Under the pieces are notes generated by a model. The model did not search any database. It was not told where the DNA came from and saw only the letters and a list, made by a program, of their open reading frames with translations. From the NCBI GenBank assembly GCA_965228475.1, contig OZ245817.1:192001-256000 (forward strand): a stretch of DNA of 64,000 bases. The letters run 5' to 3'. The translations under genes were made by a program, and so were the position numbers. This document shows, one piece after another, positions 57,975 through 64,000 of the stretch (positions are counted from its first letter, which is position 1; each line of letters starts with the position of its first letter). The stretch comes from Myxococcota bacterium (GTDB taxonomy: Bacteria > Myxococcota_A > UBA9160 > JAFDDA01).

Positions 57975-59327
57975 TCAGACGGGCTCGCGCATCGTCACGA
58001 ATTCCTCGGCGGCGGTCGGGTGGATTCCCACCGTGGCGTCGAACTGCGCCTTGGTTGCGCCCGCCTTGAGTGCCACTGCGAAGCCCTGGGTGATCTCACC
58101 CGCGTCCGGGCCGACCATGTGGAGGCCGAGCACGCGGTCGCTCGCGCGGTCGACGATGAGCTTCATGAGCGTGCGCTCCTCGCCGCCCGTGAGGGTGTGC
58201 TTCAGCGCACGGAACTCGCTCCGATAGACGTCGATCTCGAAGCCTTCCTCGCGGGCCTGGGCCTCGGTCCGGCCGACGGTGCCGATCGGCGGCTGGCTGA
58301 ACACCGCCGTCGGGACGTCGGTGTGGTCGGGCTCGGTCGGGTTGCCGCCGAAGACCGTCTCGGTGAAGGCCATGGCCTCCTTGATGGCGACCGGCGTGAG
58401 CTGCAGCCGGTTCGTGACGTCGCCGATCGCGTAGATGTGGGGAACGTTCGTGCGCGAGTACGCGTCGACGGGGATCGATCCGTCGGCCGCCGTCTCCACG
58501 CCGGCCTTGTCGAGGCCGAGGTTCGCGGTGTTCGGGTGTCGGCCCGTCGCGAACATCACCTGGTCGACGGTGAGCGAACTCCCGTCGGTGAGGTTCGCGC
58601 GGATCGCCTCGCCGCTCTGCTCGAGGCTCGTCACGTTCGTATCGAAGCGCAGGTCGATGCCCTTCTTGCGCATCTCGCCGGCCAGGTGGGTGCGCAGGTC
58701 TTCGTCGAAGCCGCGCAGGAAGAGCGGGCCCCGGTAGAGCTGGACCGTCTCGGCCCCGAGGCCGTGGAAGATCCCCGCGAACTCGACGGCGATGTAGCCC
58801 CCGCCGACGATGAGCACGCGCCCGGGCATCTCCGGCAGGTGGAACGCTTCGTTCGAGGTGATGCCGAGCTCCGCGCCCGGCAGATCCGGCAGCGTCGGCC
58901 AGCCGCCCGGAGCCACGAGCACGTGCTCGGCCCGAATGCAGCGCCCGCCGACGTCGAGGGTGTGTTCGTCGATGAAGGCGGCCCGGCCCTCGATCCGCTC
59001 GACGCCAGCACCGTCGAGGAGCCCGGCGTAGACGCCGTTCAGGCGCAGGATCTCCTGGTCCTTCTTCGCGATGAACTCGGCCCAGTCGAAGCGCGGCGCG
59101 CCGATGCGGAACCCGTAGCCGCGCTCGGCGTCCTCGATCTCCTCCCGCACGTGGGAGGCGTAGACGAGCAGCTTCTTCGGGATGCAGCCGACGTTCACGC
59201 AGGTGCCGCCGAGGGCGCTCTCCTCGGCGACGGCGACCCGCGCGCCCCGGGCCGCGGCGGTGCGCGCGGCGCGGGTGCCGCCGGAGCCGGCGCCGATCAC
59301 GAAAAGGTCGTAGTCGAACTGGGACAT
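57975..59327 (-). CDS. gor: Glutathione-disulfide reductase
   Basis: GAGSGG, GGTCVNVGCIPKK, GGGYIAVEFA and IHPTAAEEF motifs. Confidence 0.95.
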   Translation of the reverse strand: MSQFDYDLFVIGAGSGGTRAARTAAARGARVAVAEESALGGTCVNVGCIPKKLLVYASHVREEIEDAERGYGFRIGAPRFDWAEFIAKKDQEILRLNGVYAGLLDGAGVERIEGRAAFIDEHTLDVGGRCIRAEHVLVAPGGWPTLPDLPGAELGITSNEAFHLPEMPGRVLIVGGGYIAVEFAGIFHGLGAETVQLYRGPLFLRGFDEDLRTHLAGEMRKKGIDLRFDTNVTSLEQSGEAIRANLTDGSSLTVDQVMFATGRHPNTANLGLDKAGVETAADGSIPVDAYSRTNVPHIYAIGDVTNRLQLTPVAIKEAMAFTETVFGGNPTEPDHTDVPTAVFSQPPIGTVGRTEAQAREEGFEIDVYRSEFRALKHTLTGGEERTLMKLIVDRASDRVLGLHMVGPDAGEITQGFAVALKAGATKAQFDATVGIHPTAAEEFVTMREPV

Positions 59328-59463
59328 GGTGCCTCCCTAGGTGCGGTTCCGATGCCGCGTGGCGGGCGGCGTCACAGCGCCCGGTCGACGGCGCCCCGGC
59401 CCGGTCGGCGGGTTCCCCGCGCAGACGAGCGCCCGCCGCCACGATGCCCTAACACAACGCCCA

Positions 59464-60345
59464 ATGGCAGAGGCTCCTCGCAAGATCCCGGCGCTCGTGA
59501 TCTCCGGCTTCCTCGGCGCGGGAAAGACCACCCTCGTCCAGGGGGTGCTGCGCCACGCCCTCGAGAACGGCATCCGCGTCGCCCTGGTCTCGAACGAGCT
59601 CGGTGCCCTCGGCATCGACCGGGCGCTCCTCGGGAGCGGCGGTGAGGCCTACGTCGAGCTCGAGGGCGGATGCGTCTGCTGCGAGCTCTCGGACGATCTG
59701 GTCGAGACGCTCGAGCGGCTGCACGAGGAGGTCGGCCCGGACCGGATCGTCGTCGAGACGTCGGGGGTCGCGCTGCCCTTCGATACGCAGCTCAACTTCT
59801 GGCGGGAGCCGGTCCGCCGCTGGATCGGCGACGACACGGCCGTGGTGGTCGTGGACGCCGAACAGGTGGCGTCGGGCCGCGACCTCGAGGGGACCTTCGA
59901 GGATCAGGTGAGCTCGGCGGACCTGATCGTGCTGAACAAGGTCGACCGGGTCGAAGAGGGCGACCTGCCAAAGATCGAGGCCCGGATCCGCGAGCTCGAG
60001 CCCGACGCGCCGATCCTGCACGCCGTGCGCGGGGCCATCGACCCCAGCGTGCTCTTCCCGCCCGAGCGCGGCGCCGTGGACCGCGCCGGAGAAGCGCCCG
60101 CCGCACGCCCGCACGACCACGAGCACTTCGCGACGGAGGAGATCCGCATCCCGCACGGGATCTCCGAGGCCGCGCTCCGGGAACGGCTCGACCGCCCGGA
60201 GCTGCTGCGCGCCAAGGGCTTCGTCGTCACCGACGCCGGCCCGCGCCTGCTCCAGCGGGTCGGTCCGAGGACGGAGTTCTCGGTGCCGGAGGTCGACGTC
60301 GCGGAGGATCTTCTCGGCCGGATCGTGCTGATCCGGCGAGCATGA
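59464..60345 (+). CDS. CobW/COG0523 family G3E GTPase (metallochaperone)
   Basis: GFLGAGKTT, GCVCC, ETSG and LNKVD motifs; short HDHEH segment; RAKG. Confidence 0.9.
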   Translation: MAEAPRKIPALVISGFLGAGKTTLVQGVLRHALENGIRVALVSNELGALGIDRALLGSGGEAYVELEGGCVCCELSDDLVETLERLHEEVGPDRIVVETSGVALPFDTQLNFWREPVRRWIGDDTAVVVVDAEQVASGRDLEGTFEDQVSSADLIVLNKVDRVEEGDLPKIEARIRELEPDAPILHAVRGAIDPSVLFPPERGAVDRAGEAPAARPHDHEHFATEEIRIPHGISEAALRERLDRPELLRAKGFVVTDAGPRLLQRVGPRTEFSVPEVDVAEDLLGRIVLIRRA

Positions 60346-62081
60346 CGGGGAAGCCGATGTCTTGCGATCTCTTCGCCGCGGTGCGCGCCGCCGCAGTCCT
60401 GCTGGGTTCGATGGGGATGGCGTTGGGAGCGCCTCCGGAGGCACGGGCCTCCGAGACCGCGCGCGGCACCGTATTCGAAGACCTCGACCGCGACGGCCTG
60501 CGCGATTCCCACGAGCCCGGCCTCCCCGGTGTCCGCGTCTCGGACGGCCGCCACGTCACCACGACCGACGAGGAAGGCCGCTGGTCGCTCGAGATCGCCG
60601 ACGAAGCCGTGCTCTTCGTGATCAAACCGGCCGGCTTCGCGCCGCCCGTCGACGGCAGGAAGATCCCGCGCTTCTTCTACCTGCACCGGCCCGCGGGTTC
60701 GCCGCCCGGCCTCCGCTACCCCGGCATCGCGCCGACGGGCCCGCTGCCCGAATCGATCGACTTCCCCCTCTTGCGCCAGGAGGAGCCCCGCCGCTTCTCC
60801 GTCCTCCTGTTCGCGGACACGCAGCCCCAGACGAGTGCCGAACTCGACTTCCTGCGCGACGACGTCGTCGCGGAGCTGATCGGAACGCCTGCTCGCTTCG
60901 GCATGACCCTCGGCGACATCGCCTACGACGACCTCTCCCTCCTGCCGCGCCTCGCGAGCGTCGTCGGCCAGATCGGCATCCCCTGGTACAACGTGCCCGG
61001 CAATCACGAACTGAACTTCCTGGCCGTCGACGATCGGCACTCGCTCGAGACCTACCAGCGGAACTTCGGCCCGCCCTACTACTCCTTCGACTACGGCGAG
61101 GCCCACTTCGTCGTGCTCGACAACATCGTCTACGAAGGGTTCGGCGAGGCCGATCCGGCGGACTACCGCCCGCGCGGGGGCTACGAGCCGCGCATCGACG
61201 AAGTGCAGCTCGCATGGCTCGAGCAGGACCTGGCCTTCGTGCCGAAGGACCGCCTCGTCGTGCTCGCGATGCACGCGCCGATGCGCACCGCATCGAGCAA
61301 GAAGGACACCCCGGCCGACAACCGTGCGAGCCGCCGCGACCTGTTCAAGCTGCTCTCGGGGCGCGAGAACCTCTACGCCATCGCCGGCCACACCCACACG
61401 ACGGAGCATCACTACTTCGGCCCGGAGGACGGCTTCGAGGGGCCCGGCGAGCTGCATCACCACGTGCTCGCGACGGCTTCGGGGAGCTGGTGGAGCGGGC
61501 CGCTCGACGGCCGCGGGATCGCGACGGCGGAGCAGCGCGACGGCACGCCGAACGGCTGGCACGTCCTCGAGATCGACGGCGCTCGCTACACCACGCGCTA
61601 CCGCGCCGCGGGCCACCCCGCGGAGTTCCAGATGCGCATCTCCATCGACAAGACGCACCACGGGTATCGCCCGGAGGCGATGCGCGACGTCCGCCCCGGC
61701 GCGCTGCTCGACGGCGGGATCTCCGAGGACGCCGTCGCGGCGGCGCGCGTCGTGGTGAACCTCTTCGACGGCGGCCCGCGCTCGAAGGTCGAGATGAGGA
61801 TCGGCGACGGGCCCTCGACCCCGCTCGCGCGAACGCCGATCTTCGACCCCTACGTACGGGAGCTCTTCGCGCGCCACGCCGGCGTCGTGAAGCCCTGGGT
61901 CGAGGCCGTCCCCTCCACGCACGTCTTCGTCGCCGACCTCCCGGATGGGCTCGAGCCGGGGACCCACACGCTCACCGTCGAGGCCATCGACGAGTTCGGT
62001 CAGCGCCACGTCGGACACCGCATCGTCGAGGTCCACGGCAGCAGCGCCGCCGACGCGGACGCCATCGACTACGTCCGCTGA
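60342..62081 (+). CDS. Secreted calcineurin-like metallophosphoesterase
   Basis: GTVFEDLDRDG N-terminal domain; DTQ, GD, GNHE, HAP and GHTH metal motifs. Confidence 0.88.
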   Translation: MTGKPMSCDLFAAVRAAAVLLGSMGMALGAPPEARASETARGTVFEDLDRDGLRDSHEPGLPGVRVSDGRHVTTTDEEGRWSLEIADEAVLFVIKPAGFAPPVDGRKIPRFFYLHRPAGSPPGLRYPGIAPTGPLPESIDFPLLRQEEPRRFSVLLFADTQPQTSAELDFLRDDVVAELIGTPARFGMTLGDIAYDDLSLLPRLASVVGQIGIPWYNVPGNHELNFLAVDDRHSLETYQRNFGPPYYSFDYGEAHFVVLDNIVYEGFGEADPADYRPRGGYEPRIDEVQLAWLEQDLAFVPKDRLVVLAMHAPMRTASSKKDTPADNRASRRDLFKLLSGRENLYAIAGHTHTTEHHYFGPEDGFEGPGELHHHVLATASGSWWSGPLDGRGIATAEQRDGTPNGWHVLEIDGARYTTRYRAAGHPAEFQMRISIDKTHHGYRPEAMRDVRPGALLDGGISEDAVAAARVVVNLFDGGPRSKVEMRIGDGPSTPLARTPIFDPYVRELFARHAGVVKPWVEAVPSTHVFVADLPDGLEPGTHTLTVEAIDEFGQRHVGHRIVEVHGSSAADADAIDYVR

Positions 62082-62186
62082 TCGCGGTGAAAAGCCTCCG
62101 CTCGGAGCGTCCGGCGGCCCTCATCATCACATCAATGAAACGCAAAAGACGCTCTGTGAAGACGTAAAAGACATAGATTCGTGACA

Positions 62187-62357
62187 ATGAGTACGAAATC
62201 GCACGAATCGAACACGTTGCTCGACACGATGGCCCTGGCGGGCATCGCGGTCGGGTTCGCCATGCTCGTTCCGGCCGCCTGGTCTCCGGACCTGCGCGCC
62301 CTGGCCTTCCCGGGCTACGCGATCCTGCTCCCGAGCCTGATCTACGGCCTTCGCTGA
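62187..62357 (+). CDS. Small hydrophobic (two-helix) membrane protein, 56 aa
   Basis: Manual translation MSTKSHESNTLLDTMALAGIAVGFAMLVPAAWSPDLRALAFPGYAILLPSLIYGLR; mostly G/C third positions; below the ORF-track size cutoff. Confidence 0.55.
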   Translation: MSTKSHESNTLLDTMALAGIAVGFAMLVPAAWSPDLRALAFPGYAILLPSLIYGLR

Positions 62358-62381
62358 GGGCTGCCCGGATCCCGGGCCTTC

Positions 62382-62984
62382 CTAGAACGTGTAGGCGAAG
62401 CGGAGCTGCGGGTGCTTGCGTCCGCGCTCGTCCGAAGCCACCACCACGCCCCAGTGTTCGAGGCCCTTGTGGATCGGGTCGATCCACCAGTCCGCCTCCG
62501 CGCTGCTGCGCTGCTTCAAGCGGTAGCGGAGCTCGCCGAGCATCCAGCCGATGCCCGTCGTGAAGATCAGGTCCTGGGTGCTCGGATGCTCGGTCCAGGA
62601 CTCGAACAGGTACTCCCAGGTCACCGAGGCGCCGAGGCTGAAGCCGAAGCTCCCGACCATTCCGAAGTTCGCCTCGCGCGCACGCAGGTACGTCTCCGAA
62701 CCCCAGAGCGGGTGGAGCACGAAGTTGTAGAGCGCCGAGTCGTCGTCGCGCCGCGGGCCGTCGGAGAAGGCGCTCTTGAAGTTGCCGAGGCCCGGCCAGT
62801 CGTCCGCCTCGCCGGAGAGGACGAGCGCCGCGAACTGCAGGCTGAGGCCGCCTGCGGTGTAGAGGACGGGCTTCCGCCAATCGACCGGGCGTTCCGGGTC
62901 GCCGAAGAGCTCCCCCGCTCCGGCGGAGGCCGGCGTCGCGAGGGCGAGGAGGAGGGCGAGTGCGAGAGGCTTCATCTTCTTCAT
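62382..62984 (-). CDS. DUF3943-like exported/membrane protein
   Basis: Signal peptide; DDDSALYNFVLHPLWGSETYLRAR, WEYLFE..EHPSTQDLIFT motifs. Confidence 0.75.
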   Translation of the reverse strand: MKKMKPLALALLLALATPASAGAGELFGDPERPVDWRKPVLYTAGGLSLQFAALVLSGEADDWPGLGNFKSAFSDGPRRDDDSALYNFVLHPLWGSETYLRAREANFGMVGSFGFSLGASVTWEYLFESWTEHPSTQDLIFTTGIGWMLGELRYRLKQRSSAEADWWIDPIHKGLEHWGVVVASDERGRKHPQLRFAYTF

Positions 62985-63159
62985 GAGCGGTTGGACGGTG
63001 CCAGGGGGCAGGAAATTCGCAGCCGATTCGTCGGACCGGCGCGGGCCCGGCGTCGGACGGACGCAGCGTCGGCGGAGAAACCGGATGATGACAGGGCAAC
63101 AACGAGGTCGATCAGTCGACTAGTCTGCCCGATCTTCGCCCCGCGCCCCGGAGGACGCA

Positions 63160-64000
63160 ATGCGCGACTACACCCGGCACGACGAGGCTCTCACCTGGCT
63201 CGCCCCCTACGGCCCGGATCTGGCCTGGGGTTTCACCAACCACCACCCGATGGTCGTCGAGGCGCTCGCCTCCCTCGGCCGCGGCGAAGCCGCCCTCCCC
63301 TGGCTCGAAGCCCATGCCGAGGGCCTCGTCGAACGGCCTGCGCCGCACGAGCCGATCGGGGACGATTGGCAGGAAGCGCTCGGCGTGCCGGCGCGCTTCG
63401 CCGACTGGGAGGCCCACTTCGCGCGAGCGCTCGAGGAGGTGCCCTGGCAGGAGGTCGTCGCGCGCTGGGCGCCGGCGCTCCTGCCTGGCCTGGCAGGCGC
63501 CGCCACCCACGGTGTGATCCGTGCCGCCCACGCGGCCCGCGCCCTGAGCGAGGCCGACACGGCCCTGCGTCGGGCGGAGCTCGCCGCCGGACTCGGCTAC
63601 TGGGCGGCTACGTGGCAGACGCTTCCGTCGGCCGTTTTCGAGGGCTCGGCCCGGCCCGTGGCCCGGAGCGCCCGGGAGGCCCTCGCCGAGGTTCCGATGA
63701 TCCGGGAGCTCCGGCCCGAGGCGGCCTCCATCGTCGCGGCGCTCGCCGCGCTCGACGAGCATCCTGCCTTCGCTCCGGTAATCGCCCTCTTCGACGTCGA
63801 GCGGGACCCGGCGCAGGCCGTCTCGGATCTGACCGCGACCTTCGCCCGGGTCCTGCTCGCGAGCAGCGAGGATCGGATCGACGCCATCGTCTTCACCCAC
63901 GGCGTGACCAGCGCCGAGACGCTCCGCACGCTCCTTCCCCTGCTCGGCGAAGCGGGGCAGCGGCTCGCCCTGGCCCACGCGTGGCAGGCCGGCGCTGCGC
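63160..64000 (+). CDS. Questin oxidase (DUF4243) family protein, runs off the window
   Basis: Not in track. ATG after GGAGG: MRDYTRHDEAL...FTNHHPMVVEAL, AATHGVIR, GLGYWAA, HGVTS. Confidence 0.8.
   Translation, partial: MRDYTRHDEALTWLAPYGPDLAWGFTNHHPMVVEALASLGRGEAALPWLEAHAEGLVERPAPHEPIGDDWQEALGVPARFADWEAHFARALEEVPWQEVVARWAPALLPGLAGAATHGVIRAAHAARALSEADTALRRAELAAGLGYWAATWQTLPSAVFEGSARPVARSAREALAEVPMIRELRPEAASIVAALAALDEHPAFAPVIALFDVERDPAQAVSDLTATFARVLLASSEDRIDAIVFTHGVTSAETLRTLLPLLGEAGQRLALAHAWQAGAA

Overview
High-GC bacterial chromosomal window (about 70% GC in spot-checked lines) holding about 58 genes. Most encode redox and lipid-catabolic enzymes: SDRs, two LLM/F420-type oxidoreductases, two Baeyer-Villiger-type monooxygenases, GSTs, thiolase and 3-hydroxyacyl-CoA dehydrogenase, a GMC oxidoreductase and lactone oxidases. 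The rest include envelope proteins (MltB-type transglycosylase, VWA-OmpA, two PEP-CTERM proteins, a Cys-rich zincin-like protein with a GCGLG-TM-RRRR tail), photolyase/ybgA, gor and gpsA. Gene content suggests a Myxococcota-like lineage (inference only). I saw no rRNA, tRNA, CRISPR array, integrase or transposase. Highlights: (1) an iodothyronine-deiodinase-like selenoprotein that the ORF track splits in two, with an in-frame UGA (FGSYT-U-PPF) and a SECIS-like hairpin 10 nt downstream; (2) a low-GC AAA-ATPase + S8 protease islet resembling the IetAS defence/toxin-antitoxin module; (3) unusual non-coding inverted-repeat elements, namely a 35-bp perfect-arm hairpin and two tandem ~190-bp elements with co-varying terminal inverted repeats; (4) eight genes with a TANNNT box 5-7 nt before the start codon and no Shine-Dalgarno, suggesting leaderless mRNAs; (5) a 56-aa membrane protein missed by the ORF track. 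All calls were made by eye; no database searches were run.
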